IMG/VR virus record: IMGVR_UViG_3300044641_009778
Strand: one strand, 5' to 3'
DNA: 64,000 nucleotides
Source of the DNA: an uncultured virus (IMG/VR IMGVR_UViG_3300044641_009778)
Lineage: Duplodnaviria; Heunggongvirae; Uroviricota; Caudoviricetes
In this document: piece by piece, positions 1-9,580 of the stretch
Layout of the letters: each line of letters starts with the position of its first letter
How positions within the stretch are numbered: the stretch's first letter is position 1
The notes under the pieces: model-generated
The model's input: the letters and a program-made list of their open reading frames with translations, nothing else
Databases searched by the model: none
What the model was told of the DNA's origin: nothing
Program-made: the position numbers and the translations under genes

Positions 1-587
1 AAGGTAATGTAGGTCTTGACTGTGCTGCTGACGCCGATGTAGTAATCTTTACGCCCTATGGTGTAGTCACCAGTAACACTTTTAGCTGGTATGTCCAGAT
101 TGTAGATCTGCGCTGCACCACCGCCTGGACCTGTGGCTGCAATTCTGCTAACCCATTCTTTGAGATATCGAACTTCGCGTTCTAGATCTTTCTGCGGTTG
201 AGCCAGCACAGGCTCGGGATTGACCACCGTACTTTCACGTACTTGGCGACTAAGATAGTCTGCTACCGCATCCTGCAGTCTGGGTGTTTCTATGTTTATT
301 TCTAGCTGCGGATCCGCCGGGGTCTCGGTGAGTACGGTGGCGTCGGGGACGGCGGCGGTCGATGCGGCAGAGGGCGGTGATTGAACCAGCTCATTGGGTG
401 TTACCTTTCCAAAAATTTCGGTTAGGTCGGCTGTGATTCTTTCACGAAGTTCAGCCTCACGTTGCAGGCGCTGCTGTTCTTCGTCTTCTAGTTCGGCAAT
501 TTCTGCAAGCAAACGTGGTGTGGGTTCCTGGCCAAATCTTCGAGCCATTTCCGCCAGTGTGCGTTTTTCCTGCAGTGCGCGATTCAT
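1..587 (-). CDS. hypothetical virion-region protein, 3' end runs off window
   Basis: ATG at 585-587 overlaps the upstream TAA (TAATG); frame open to position 1 (MNRALQEKRTLAEMARRFG...GPGGGAAQIYNLD); not in ORF track. Confidence 0.7.
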   Translation of the reverse strand, partial: MNRALQEKRTLAEMARRFGQEPTPRLLAEIAELEDEEQQRLQREAELRERITADLTEIFGKVTPNELVQSPPSAASTAAVPDATVLTETPADPQLEINIETPRLQDAVADYLSRQVRESTVVNPEPVLAQPQKDLEREVRYLKEWVSRIAATGPGGGAAQIYNLDIPAKSVTGDYTIGRKDYYIGVSSTVKTYIT

Positions 588-850
588 TACTTGCTCTTTT
601 TAGCGGCATTCTTACGACTGTTGTTGCGCTTGGGTTTGGTGTTCTTGGCTACTGCGGTTTTGATTTCTTCGGCCGGAGTACTGGGAGCCTCTGCTGCGAC
701 TTCCACCACTGGCGTATGCACTGGTGCGGGCTCGGGTGCCGGCGGTGGAACATAGACATGCGATTCCGGCGACATCACCGGTGCTTCAACAATTTTGGAT
801 CGAGGTGTAGTGGGCTCTCCGAACAACCAGCCCCAAAGTTTACCAATCAT
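587..850 (-). CDS. hypothetical Pro/Lys-rich protein
   Basis: Coupled to neighbours by overlapping start/stop codons. Confidence 0.65.
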   Translation of the reverse strand: MIGKLWGWLFGEPTTPRSKIVEAPVMSPESHVYVPPPAPEPAPVHTPVVEVAAEAPSTPAEEIKTAVAKNTKPKRNNSRKNAAKKSK

Positions 851-1410
851 TTTTTCTTTCTCCGTAGTATTTTATGACGACCTAACATGATGTCTCGACC
901 TGCGAGATTGGGATTGGCCACCGGTGTGGCCTGACTGCTAAATCCAAGGCCAACGGCATTGGAGATATTGATATCTTCGGCAAACTCTCGAAAGCCCTGC
1001 ACACGCGCACCCGTAATGCTGCGACCTGCTAGAAAATTTTCCACCACAAAAACTGCAGAATCAAGTTCAGCGGACTCAGTGATGGTCCACACACGAGCTT
1101 CGAAATTCGCTGGACTGGGTTCGCGATTGAGTTCGAGATTTTCTTTGATTAAGGTCAGTGCTGCCGCAAAACTAAGTATGCGTTTATTCTCAAATGGCAC
1201 CTTTTCAATGATGCGTTTCAATCGATACACCAGACGATGCAGCAGAGTATAGGCATCGCGTTCTTCCACAGTATTGAGCTCTCGTTCCTTCTTCAATACT
1301 TGACCCTTTTTGTCAATTATACCCAACCGATAGGCATCGGTGTCTTCGAAGGGAGTGGTGAGAATTTTAAGAATTCTGTAGGTAATGATGGTGTCGACAA
1401 AGCGTGACAT
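847..1410 (-). CDS. conserved T4-like hypothetical (probable virion protein)
   Basis: N-terminus YRILKILTTPFEDTDAYRLGIIDKKG recalls a family common in T4-like phages. Confidence 0.75.
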   Translation of the reverse strand: MSRFVDTIITYRILKILTTPFEDTDAYRLGIIDKKGQVLKKERELNTVEERDAYTLLHRLVYRLKRIIEKVPFENKRILSFAAALTLIKENLELNREPSPANFEARVWTITESAELDSAVFVVENFLAGRSITGARVQGFREFAEDINISNAVGLGFSSQATPVANPNLAGRDIMLGRHKILRRKKK

Positions 1411-1799
1411 TAAATCTTCCTTAGTTTTTCAACAATCATGGAGTCCAAGGGTATTTCGCTTTCCGGCACTCTCATACCAGTGCTTACAATTACGTACTGC
1501 GGCATGAAGTTTAAAAACACCAAAAAGGTCTTCAAATAGGTCCAGAGACTGCGAGGCATTCTAAAAAACAACATATTGGTGGCGGCTTCTATGCCGAATA
1601 CATTGTACAGCACCAACAGATGATTTATAATGAGTCGTTCCTTGAGTTCGCCACCGCTGTGATAGCGACCCAGCAATCTTTTCACGTAGCGCAGACGTTT
1701 TACGTCGTCATAGAACTCCGGCAATCCCGAACAACCGGGATTGTCGTAATTCTTTATGGCATACATTAAAAAGTTTTCGTCAGTCAATTCAGGTTTCAT
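1410..1799 (-). CDS. conserved T4-like hypothetical protein
   Basis: ELTDENFLMYAIKNYDNP...ERLIINHL recalls a widespread T4-like family. Confidence 0.8.
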   Translation of the reverse strand: MKPELTDENFLMYAIKNYDNPGCSGLPEFYDDVKRLRYVKRLLGRYHSGGELKERLIINHLLVLYNVFGIEAATNMLFFRMPRSLWTYLKTFLVFLNFMPQYVIVSTGMRVPESEIPLDSMIVEKLRKI

Positions 1800-1808
1800 T
1801 TAATGTTG

Positions 1809-2072
1809 TTACCAGTCTGAAAGTGCGATCTTCTTCCAGTTGTTTGTGGCTACACAGACATAGACATTGCTGGTATCAAAGGCTAGACTGCCCGTGGTGC
1901 CTGCACTGGTGGATGTCGCCGGCGGTACAGTAACCCAGATGTTGCGTGCGACGCTGCTTACAAAATTGCCGACAGTGATGCGTTTGCTTTCACCGCCCTG
2001 CACCACATACAGCAGGCTGGTGAGGCCTGCGGTAGTGATGCTGGCTAGTTCGCTGAGTTTTTGATCAGCCAT
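1809..2072 (-). CDS. small virion structural protein
   Basis: C-terminal PATSTSAGTTG...YVCVATNNWKKIAL motif seen in phage fibre/decoration proteins. Confidence 0.7.
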   Translation of the reverse strand: MADQKLSELASITTAGLTSLLYVVQGGESKRITVGNFVSSVARNIWVTVPPATSTSAGTTGSLAFDTSNVYVCVATNNWKKIALSDW

Positions 2073-2080
2073 GGTTTACC

Positions 2081-2650
2081 TTAGATTGTGGTTACAACGC
2101 TGGTCGAACCACCTACGGTCAGAGCAGCAGTGGCAACATCGGTCAATGCAATGGTGAGATCCGACGTAACACCAACCTGACCATCGTCATTGATACCCAT
2201 GGTGATGGTCTGACTGCTGATGGTCAATGTCTGACCAGTGGTGCTTGGTGCAGTAAAGGTAAAGTCCACATAATTACGCGCTGTAGCATTGCCGCTGCGA
2301 GTCGCAGTAACGTTGGTGGCTACACTGGTGCCAGCCGGTGTGGCCTTTACAATCAGTGTACCTGTAGTGGTTGGAACAATCTTTTCGTTCCAAACCACGC
2401 GCACAGTACCAGTAGCACCGGTGCTGTAGCTGGCAGCCAGGAAGTATACCTGAGAAATTGTTGCTCCACCGAGTTTTTCGGATGCACTAGCGCCACCGCT
2501 GAGGTTGCGAATAGCTACTAATACTTCGTCGGTGCCGTCTGGGCGTGTAATTTCCCAGCCGCGCGTTGTCGCAAAAGTGCGACTCTTTTCTTCAGCGGTC
2601 AAGTTCTTAGGCTTGCTTTCGTCGCTGGTTGTTGCGCCCCATAGTGGCAT
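2081..2650 (-). CDS. virion structural protein, Thr-rich beta fold
   Basis: MPLWG N-terminus, AGGAG RBS, late promoter upstream. Confidence 0.7.
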   Translation of the reverse strand: MPLWGATTSDESKPKNLTAEEKSRTFATTRGWEITRPDGTDEVLVAIRNLSGGASASEKLGGATISQVYFLAASYSTGATGTVRVVWNEKIVPTTTGTLIVKATPAGTSVATNVTATRSGNATARNYVDFTFTAPSTTGQTLTISSQTITMGINDDGQVGVTSDLTIALTDVATAALTVGGSTSVVTTI

Positions 2651-2682
2651 GTTGTTTCTCCTTAAAAATGGATTACTTTGTT

Positions 2683-3894
2683 TTATTTATCATCTAAATC
2701 CTGCTCTGCGCTGTCCTTGCTGCGCGGGGCTGGACTCATGGTTTCAACTTTCTTGGTACTGCCGTGATAGATGTGGCGAGTACGTTTTCCGCTGGGCTGA
2801 GTTACAACGAAACTATGATGAGCCTGGCCAGCCTTGCTGCCGGACTTTTCATCGCTGATCTTATTGCCGGCGTTCTTATGTGCGTCCTTGATCTTCTGGA
2901 GATCGCTGGCCATCATGGCCTCCAGGAACACATCTTCGTTCTTGGCCTTGTAGCTCGCATCAACCTTGTTGAAGAATGCCTTTTTCTTTTCTGGTGTGTC
3001 GAGCTCGCCGGGATGTTTGACACCGTGCTTGGTCATCATGGCACGGAAGTGCGCATCATAACCGCTGCTCTTTTGAGCTTCACTGATGTCATATTCCTTG
3101 GTGGCAGTGATGATGGTTTCATCTACGGCCGCGGGTTGATCGTCGTCGTATTCTTCATTGATGGGAAAATCAACATCTTCCTTCATACCATGTTTGATTT
3201 TAGCATTCATACGAGCAGCTGAACGTTCATTTCTACCTTGCATAACATTGGCACGACTTTTAAGCATTGCTGCTTGTACAGCACCAACAACTTTATCTTT
3301 TTCATCTTTGGACTGAGGTTTGGCGGTTGCTTCTTTGACATCGCGCTCCGGCATCTTGTCCATGGTTTCGTATTTTTCCTTGGTCTTTTTGTGACCAGCG
3401 GCCTTGACGTCGTCATCTTCCATTTCGTCGTCATCGTCTTTTTCCATTTTTGATTCGCCGATCTTTTTCGCGCCCTGTTTGACGATGGCATCAATCGGAC
3501 CCGGACCCGTAGCCTGTTGATTGGCAGCCGCCAAGGCAGCGTCCATGGCCTTTTTCTTGATGTCCTGTTTGGGGTCGATGCTAACCGGAGCATTGACGTT
3601 GCCTTCGGCTACCTTTTTAGCCTTTTTGGTGCTGTGCATATGGCTTTCGCTCTGCACAATCGTCAGTTCGCTGATGGGCACACCTCGCTCTACGCCGTGT
3701 TCAAATTGAACATCATACCAGGCAATGTTGCCGTAGCGATCCGGATCGGCATGCTCTTCGGCAATGGTGGCACCCTGACCGTATTCAGCGTGTTCTACGT
3801 GCTTGGCGCAGTTATGCACAACCTTGCCATCGTCCTGCATCATGGTGGCTTCGCTGGCATACATGTTGCGAATCGATTCTAATAGACTTTTCAT
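2683..3894 (-). CDS. putative internal head polyprotein
   Basis: MKSLLESIR N-terminus; charged modules separated by Glu-ending linkers. Confidence 0.65.
   Translation of the reverse strand: MKSLLESIRNMYASEATMMQDDGKVVHNCAKHVEHAEYGQGATIAEEHADPDRYGNIAWYDVQFEHGVERGVPISELTIVQSESHMHSTKKAKKVAEGNVNAPVSIDPKQDIKKKAMDAALAAANQQATGPGPIDAIVKQGAKKIGESKMEKDDDDEMEDDDVKAAGHKKTKEKYETMDKMPERDVKEATAKPQSKDEKDKVVGAVQAAMLKSRANVMQGRNERSAARMNAKIKHGMKEDVDFPINEEYDDDQPAAVDETIITATKEYDISEAQKSSGYDAHFRAMMTKHGVKHPGELDTPEKKKAFFNKVDASYKAKNEDVFLEAMMASDLQKIKDAHKNAGNKISDEKSGSKAGQAHHSFVVTQPSGKRTRHIYHGSTKKVETMSPAPRSKDSAEQDLDDK
2684..2690 (-). promoter_or_regulatory. T4-type late promoter (ATAAATA)
   Basis: ATAAATA ~35 nt upstream of the 2650 start. 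Confidence 0.55.
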
Positions 3895-3915
3895 TTTTTA
3901 TTTCCTTTTTTGCTA

Positions 3916-3952
3916 TTGACAGTTATTGACAAACCCTTTAATATCGCGGTGT
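3916..3952 (+). promoter_or_regulatory. antisense sigma70-like promoter with tandem TATTGAC
   Basis: TTGACA-N17-TAATAT-CGCGGTGT; matches the element at 58374-58410. Confidence 0.45.
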
Positions 3953-3964
3953 AGCACTTTTATG

Positions 3965-4927
3965 TCATCGGTTATGATGAAAATTTAGTAACCAATGCGC
4001 TAGCTGTTTTTTACGCGGACTAGCTGAATCCGAACTTCGAATGCGTCGCAGTTCCGCAGCACTTTTCCCTTTGAGTCCATGTCGTGCTGCATCACCGCGG
4101 TCCTGTGGATTACGTCCGTCTTTAAAATTTTCCTGTACCTTGCGATATTCGCTCTCATCGGCTCCGGCCTGGCCCTGAAATTTCTTGGTTATTTCCTGCG
4201 GTGCATGGCCTGCTATTCTGCCCTTCCAGACATTATAGGTCTTGCCACCATGCACCATCTTTTCTGGTGTGGGATCTATGGCAATATGATGTCCGCGATG
4301 CAGCAGCATTTCATGTTCGTTATCAAATTCCTTGGGACCAGTGCTGGACTTTATATGATTCAACGACGCTGCCTTGGTGCCCTTGGGCATATGTATCTGC
4401 AGTATGTGCCCTTCTCCGTCGCCCTGCATGTCAGAAAAATGTGCGGCAATTTTGTGATCCAAAGAAGTAGACACATAGTGCGGCATGTGAGCCACACCCT
4501 GAGCATTGGTTTTAGGCTTGGTTCTCAGACCTGTGAATACTGTCATGTCTCGGTCGGTGGATGCACTGTTTAATGCGTTGTCCAGTCCCTGCACCATCTG
4601 TCGGCCCTGTGGTCCATGAGTACCATAGAAGGAACCCTTGTATTTGTCGTCATAGTGCTTTTTCAGCATGCCGTTGATGAATCTAGACTCATCGAATTCC
4701 TGTCCTGGTACCTGTCCAGGCACAACTCCAAATTTATAGCGTTTAGCAAACTGAGTATGTTCCTTGCCCAGTCGATTATTTTTATGTATGTCTTTAAACT
4801 CTTTTTCTGCGGGGTCGACTGCTTCCTGCAGACCTGGTTGTTTAACAAAGTCAGTATCCAGTATGGGCAACATGTATTGACCATGAATTTTTCTACTAAA
4901 TTCTCGCAGCTCGCGAAACGTTCGCAT
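3965..4927 (-). CDS. Alt/VIP2-like ADP-ribosyltransferase with capsid-targeting N-terminus
   Basis: VFTG / YVSTSL / ILQIHMPKG / EHEMLL ART motifs; start MRTFRELRE overlaps the upstream stop. Confidence 0.8.
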   Translation of the reverse strand: MRTFRELREFSRKIHGQYMLPILDTDFVKQPGLQEAVDPAEKEFKDIHKNNRLGKEHTQFAKRYKFGVVPGQVPGQEFDESRFINGMLKKHYDDKYKGSFYGTHGPQGRQMVQGLDNALNSASTDRDMTVFTGLRTKPKTNAQGVAHMPHYVSTSLDHKIAAHFSDMQGDGEGHILQIHMPKGTKAASLNHIKSSTGPKEFDNEHEMLLHRGHHIAIDPTPEKMVHGGKTYNVWKGRIAGHAPQEITKKFQGQAGADESEYRKVQENFKDGRNPQDRGDAARHGLKGKSAAELRRIRSSDSASPRKKQLAHWLLNFHHNR

Positions 4928-5592
4928 CAGCAGTTCCACTTTCTCAGAGCCAAAGCTTTGCGTGTTGGTCGACCTTTTTCATCCTTCATTGGACCTTTGC
5001 TGCCGCCCATGCGCGCACAAAAACTCTTGCGACGTTTAGCAGCCTTGCCGTCGGGATCAAGTTTACTGGGCGGCGTAGTCACCGCCATGCTTAGTTTTGA
5101 TCCTGGGTTGGCTCGGCGATAGCTGGCTATGCCTTTGGCATTTAAACCACCACTTGGACTTTTACCTTCTTTGCGAGTCCAGGCCGGCGATGCTTCATTG
5201 AACTGATCCTGCATCTTTCTTCCAGTTTTCGGATGATGAAATGTACCGGTATCATTGTTGTATACATGCACCAATTCATGATCTGGTTTATTCTGCGATC
5301 GAGCTATGGCGTCCTTGGCATTTTTAGCTTCGATATTACTATAGGTCATGCGTGTTGTTTTATTGTGCGCATGACCTACTTCGAATTGTGCTTCGTCAAT
5401 TTCTGCTTCCTCGTTGCGAGCTGCCCAGATGTTGTCCACCATGTTGGGGTAAGGTCGTCCAGCGGCTTTTGCGCGAGCACGAGCTCGAGCCTTGTTGGCA
5501 GGACTTAGTTTTTCGCTGTCGCCGCGCTGTGCTACTGGGTTGGGCTTGTCCCAGACTTGTTTGGCTTCGCGTATCTGTTTAAATGTCTTCAT
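4927..5592 (-). CDS. internal head polyprotein with C-terminal DUF6321-like module
   Basis: MKTFKQIREA; C-terminal AWTRKEGK...RRKSFCARM...ALRKWNC. Confidence 0.7.
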   Translation of the reverse strand: MKTFKQIREAKQVWDKPNPVAQRGDSEKLSPANKARARARAKAAGRPYPNMVDNIWAARNEEAEIDEAQFEVGHAHNKTTRMTYSNIEAKNAKDAIARSQNKPDHELVHVYNNDTGTFHHPKTGRKMQDQFNEASPAWTRKEGKSPSGGLNAKGIASYRRANPGSKLSMAVTTPPSKLDPDGKAAKRRKSFCARMGGSKGPMKDEKGRPTRKALALRKWNC

Positions 5593-5804
5593 ACACCGTT
5601 TCCTCCGCTGCCGCCGCCTCCGGCGCCACCACCAGATCCGCCGCCACCACCGGCATCGGCCGATGAGTCGCTGGCCGGACCGCCTCGACTACTGCTGCTT
5701 TTACCGCCGCGATTGCCTCGAGCAAAATTTAGCTTGCGGCCCTTGTAGTATTCTCGATACACCGGTGCGGGCTGGGCCTCGCGAATCTGCTGCAGAGTTT
5801 TCAT
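5589..5804 (-). CDS. small Gly-rich internal protein
   Basis: MKTLQQIREA; ATGA overlaps on both sides. Confidence 0.6.
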   Translation of the reverse strand: MKTLQQIREAQPAPVYREYYKGRKLNFARGNRGGKSSSSRGGPASDSSADAGGGGGSGGGAGGGGSGGNGV

Positions 5805-7288
5805 TTCTTTACCTGACCTGCAAAAGTTTTCTGCGCGCCCGGGTGTGCATCGTGACTGATGCCATGCAGGTGATCGGTGCTGCCCTGATTGCGCAGAGCT
5901 TCGATCTCGGCCTGTTTTTCCTTCATGCGCTTCAGATAATAGCTAGGATCCGGCAGGCCAGATTTTTTACGAATTTCTTGATGACGATCGTAGAGACTCT
6001 TGGCTTCGTTGGTGCGCACACCGGCCTTGGACATGAGTCGTTCAGCGCGAGCCGAGGCATCCTTTTCCGGCTTCAGCACATTGGCAATCTTTAGAGTGCG
6101 ATGCGGTTTGATGCTACCAAAACTTGAATAGGCATCGTCCTTGGTATAGGCCGGAGTTTCATCGACCTGTTCAGTATCTTCTTTGACGCTGTGGCGAGTC
6201 TGAATTTTATAATTGGCCTTTTGTATGCCCTTGATTCTTTTTTCTTCTTTGTTGCGGTCACCACCGATCAAAGACTTGTTTGCCTTGGTGGCATATCTCA
6301 GCATGGTAGAAGTTCTGAGTTCGTCAACCTGTGCAACTTCTTCTTTGACTTCGCTCTGCATGTAGTCGGCCACAGTAGTAATATAGTCCGCCGCCAGGGT
6401 AATTTTACTCTGTACCCATTCAGCCATGTTGGTGTTGTCGTCCAGCATGTCATGAACCTGCTGAGCATTGGCTATGATGCTGCGCAGCTGACTCTTGGCC
6501 ATGTCGCCTTCGTAGTCATATTCTCGGCTATCCTTGGCTTCCTTCAATCGGCTGTCAGCCGCCAGATGAGTTTGTTGGGCTTTTTTAGCATAGGCTGGAT
6601 CGGTGTCGGCACGCTTGGATACCAGTCTATCTACCGCTCTTTTGTTGACCTGGCGCAGAAGTTTTTGGCCCTTGTTGGTGTCTCCAACTTCGTCAATTTG
6701 TTCGACTTCTTCGTTGACAGTACCAATGTAGTGATGGTCGTGCACCTTGTAGCCTTTGCGTTTGTGATGTGCTATGGCAGACTTGATGGCCTTTTCTCGG
6801 TCATCACTAGTAACACGCACTGTCTTCTGTATGGTTTCCTTGCGTTTGCTGACCATGGGATGGTTGGGATCAGTGACTGTCAGTCCAATGCGGTGCACGG
6901 CTTCACCCAGTTCTTTTTCTTCTTTGCGCAGTTTATTCATCTGCGTCTTAATCATGTTCATTTTACTCTGATGAACTTTGACTGCCTCATGATCGCCCGC
7001 ACGGTTGGCTGCTATGGCCTTCTCTGAGTGACGATCGTGCGCTGCCTTTAGGTTGGCCATTTTGTCCTGACCCCAGGCTGCCTCATCGATGTCAACCTCT
7101 TCGGTTTGTCGCTTGGCAGCATAGGATGCACCCAGAGCCATGCGGATGCGTTCCTTTTTGCTTTTGCCCGCAAACTTAGGATTGTCGCTGTGCACAAAAT
7201 CCGATATCCATTTGCCCGTAGGATCTGCGGCTCGAAGTTTTTCCATGAGCGCTTGTTCTTCGCGAATGTCCCAGAGTAGTTTTGACAT
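5801..7288 (-). CDS. internal head polyprotein with repeated protease sites
   Basis: Repeated EEVxxxDE linkers between basic modules; late promoter upstream. Confidence 0.7.
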   Translation of the reverse strand: MSKLLWDIREEQALMEKLRAADPTGKWISDFVHSDNPKFAGKSKKERIRMALGASYAAKRQTEEVDIDEAAWGQDKMANLKAAHDRHSEKAIAANRAGDHEAVKVHQSKMNMIKTQMNKLRKEEKELGEAVHRIGLTVTDPNHPMVSKRKETIQKTVRVTSDDREKAIKSAIAHHKRKGYKVHDHHYIGTVNEEVEQIDEVGDTNKGQKLLRQVNKRAVDRLVSKRADTDPAYAKKAQQTHLAADSRLKEAKDSREYDYEGDMAKSQLRSIIANAQQVHDMLDDNTNMAEWVQSKITLAADYITTVADYMQSEVKEEVAQVDELRTSTMLRYATKANKSLIGGDRNKEEKRIKGIQKANYKIQTRHSVKEDTEQVDETPAYTKDDAYSSFGSIKPHRTLKIANVLKPEKDASARAERLMSKAGVRTNEAKSLYDRHQEIRKKSGLPDPSYYLKRMKEKQAEIEALRNQGSTDHLHGISHDAHPGAQKTFAGQVKK

Positions 7289-7312
7289 GATGGTTCCTTA
7301 GGTTCGATCTTA

Positions 7313-7319
7313 TATTTAT
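7313..7319 (-). promoter_or_regulatory. late promoter (ATAAATA)
   Basis: ATAAATA 25 nt upstream of the 7288 start. Confidence 0.6.
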
Positions 7320-7747
7320 TATTTCTGAATACTGCGCAACATCCAGCGATGCTTTTTATGCACGTCCATGCGCTGAGTAAGAAAATCAGCCAGGCCAACT
7401 TCGCCCGCAGCTTCCGCACTCATGAAGGCCTGCAAGAGACCTTCCATGACAATGTCGTTGTCGGCTTCGAGTCGGCGTATCATTTCCAGCGCTGCTGGTA
7501 CGGTGTTGTCGTCTTGAACTTTGGTGAGTTCCATGAGCATGCGGTGCGCGCCCGGAGCATAGCTGTCCAGAGCTCGAACTTCTTCGGCTATGACATCCAC
7601 TACGTCGAACAGCTCTTCGTAGAGTTTGCCGAGAAAGTCGTGATACTGCACAAAGTCCGGTCCTTCGACATTCCAGTGGTAATAGTGCGCCTTGCTGTAC
7701 ATGGCAAAGGTATCGGCCTGCACTCGTTTTAGATCATCAACCAACAT
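7319..7747 (-). CDS. dps: Dps/ferritin-like DNA-protection protein
   Basis: HYYHWNVEGPDF.QYH...DVIAEEVRAL...KHRWML Dps signature. Confidence 0.9.
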   Translation of the reverse strand: MLVDDLKRVQADTFAMYSKAHYYHWNVEGPDFVQYHDFLGKLYEELFDVVDVIAEEVRALDSYAPGAHRMLMELTKVQDDNTVPAALEMIRRLEADNDIVMEGLLQAFMSAEAAGEVGLADFLTQRMDVHKKHRWMLRSIQK

Positions 7748-9580
7748 TTAAACCTCCATTTTGCGATATTGTTTGAGTCGGCGTACGCCTTTGTGCTGTT
7801 CCGGCGCCGAAGGATGCTGCATGGGCAATTTTCCGCCAGCCAATTGTACGGCAGCGTTGTTGACTACGGTGTTGCTGACCTCCACGCCTTCGCGATGATG
7901 GCGCAGACGTTCTTGTTCCAGTTTACGCAGCTTGGGTAGTAAACGATTGCTGATGCGAGCTATGGCCGGACGACTGCGACGCACAATGGCCTCGATGCGA
8001 TCTTTTTCTGCGGCGCTGAGTTTACTCTTGTCGCGACCTCGCAGTAGTCGTTGCATGATCATGCTGCGCGCACCAACAACGGCGCGTTTCTTCATGCGTG
8101 CCGGTGTGCTTACTCGATGTCGAGCCACGCGTGCAGCAATTTCGCGACGCGATTTTGTCTTGAGGAAATCCAATCGCTTCTTCATGCGCTGTGCTGCAGT
8201 CAGGGCTTCGTCCAGCACCGCGCCGTCGAGTTCGAATTCTTCTTCGGCTTCTTGATGTTCCTGATCGGCATAGAGATGCTCGATGTCTTCCCAGCTGAGC
8301 TGATCGATGTGACGTTCGATTTCTTCGAGATCCTTTTCAGTAACGTCTTCGGATTCCTGATGACGATTGGGATCAAAGGCTTCGCTGTGCAGATTGGCAT
8401 GCGGCGCAATCTTCATCATGCGATGAGCTGCGTTCTTCATGTACTCGTGGTGATGATGCAGGGCATTCACACTACCCAAGAGACCGGCAGCGCGACTAAG
8501 GTTGCGTTCAAATTCCGAGACAGCGTGGTCGTCGAGCTTGCCCGCACCTTCGGCCCAGTCTAGGATGTTGAGATAGTGTGCCGTGCTGTCCAGGGCACCT
8601 GCCAGCACAAATGGGTCAATGGTGCCACTCTGCGCATCAGTATGAAATGCATTGCGAGCTTCGGGATGATTCTTTAATCGATCCAGACTGCGTTCTGTGC
8701 TGATGTGCTGCGGATCGGCCTTGGCGTGACTCTGCATATATGTGGAAAAACTTGTGCGCGCCGTCGGTGCCTCATCGCCGCCGTCTTCTTCCTGCAAACT
8801 ATCTACGGCATTGAGCCAGCGTTTTACTGCTAGATCTTCGTTGATCTGCACCGTAACATAGGTCGGTCCTCGATAGACAATTTCGCCGGTCAGTCCAGTA
8901 TAGTTATCAAAGACTGTTTCGCCGAGTCGCAGCACGGTGCCGGCCACATAGGCTTCGCGGGCATCTTCTTCGTGCATGCCCATGCCGTGTCGCACATCGT
9001 GATAGAGATGCTGAGCGTGTTTTTCGTTGCTGCGAATTTTAGACGGCAGATTGGCCTTGAACTTTTCGTAGTGACCGCCGGCAGCGTGTTTGCGCATGTC
9101 GGTGCCGCTGATGCCGGCCTTGCGTTCGCCGGTGTTCTCAGTAGTGATGCGATCAAATTTGTAATATCCGTGACTCTTGCCAGCCACACCGTTGTAGTCG
9201 TGCAGCAGTTTATGATAGCCTGCAGCACGATCGCCGCCGCCGGCTACCACGAAATGTTTGACTCCGGCAGCGTGAGCCTTGGCAGCCTGGTGCAGAATCG
9301 ACGGTTCGTCTGGCGAACTGGTGTCGATGTGCGTATGCGGTAGATGCCCAAAGGCTCGTTTCAGATGTGTAAGCTTCTGTACGCGAGTCAGGGGATTCTT
9401 TTTCTTGTCGTGCGTATGACTGGCAATGACGTGCAGTTCAGCATTATGCTTCTGCGCAATGTCGTGTGCTGCCTTGACGTTTTCTTCGTGGCCACTGGTA
9501 ACCGGATTCATGCGGCCAAACAGCACTACTCTGGTCTTGCTGCGCGCCGCTTCTGTGATTACTGAGCGAAAAGGTTTCAT
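7748..9580 (-). CDS. HxGH cytidylyltransferase-like nucleotidyltransferase with extra C-terminal modules
   Basis: FGRMNPVTSGH, NPL, GGDR, ISGTDMR motifs; MKPFRSVITEA N-terminus. Confidence 0.8.
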   Translation of the reverse strand: MKPFRSVITEAARSKTRVVLFGRMNPVTSGHEENVKAAHDIAQKHNAELHVIASHTHDKKKNPLTRVQKLTHLKRAFGHLPHTHIDTSSPDEPSILHQAAKAHAAGVKHFVVAGGGDRAAGYHKLLHDYNGVAGKSHGYYKFDRITTENTGERKAGISGTDMRKHAAGGHYEKFKANLPSKIRSNEKHAQHLYHDVRHGMGMHEEDAREAYVAGTVLRLGETVFDNYTGLTGEIVYRGPTYVTVQINEDLAVKRWLNAVDSLQEEDGGDEAPTARTSFSTYMQSHAKADPQHISTERSLDRLKNHPEARNAFHTDAQSGTIDPFVLAGALDSTAHYLNILDWAEGAGKLDDHAVSEFERNLSRAAGLLGSVNALHHHHEYMKNAAHRMMKIAPHANLHSEAFDPNRHQESEDVTEKDLEEIERHIDQLSWEDIEHLYADQEHQEAEEEFELDGAVLDEALTAAQRMKKRLDFLKTKSRREIAARVARHRVSTPARMKKRAVVGARSMIMQRLLRGRDKSKLSAAEKDRIEAIVRRSRPAIARISNRLLPKLRKLEQERLRHHREGVEVSNTVVNNAAVQLAGGKLPMQHPSAPEQHKGVRRLKQYRKMEV

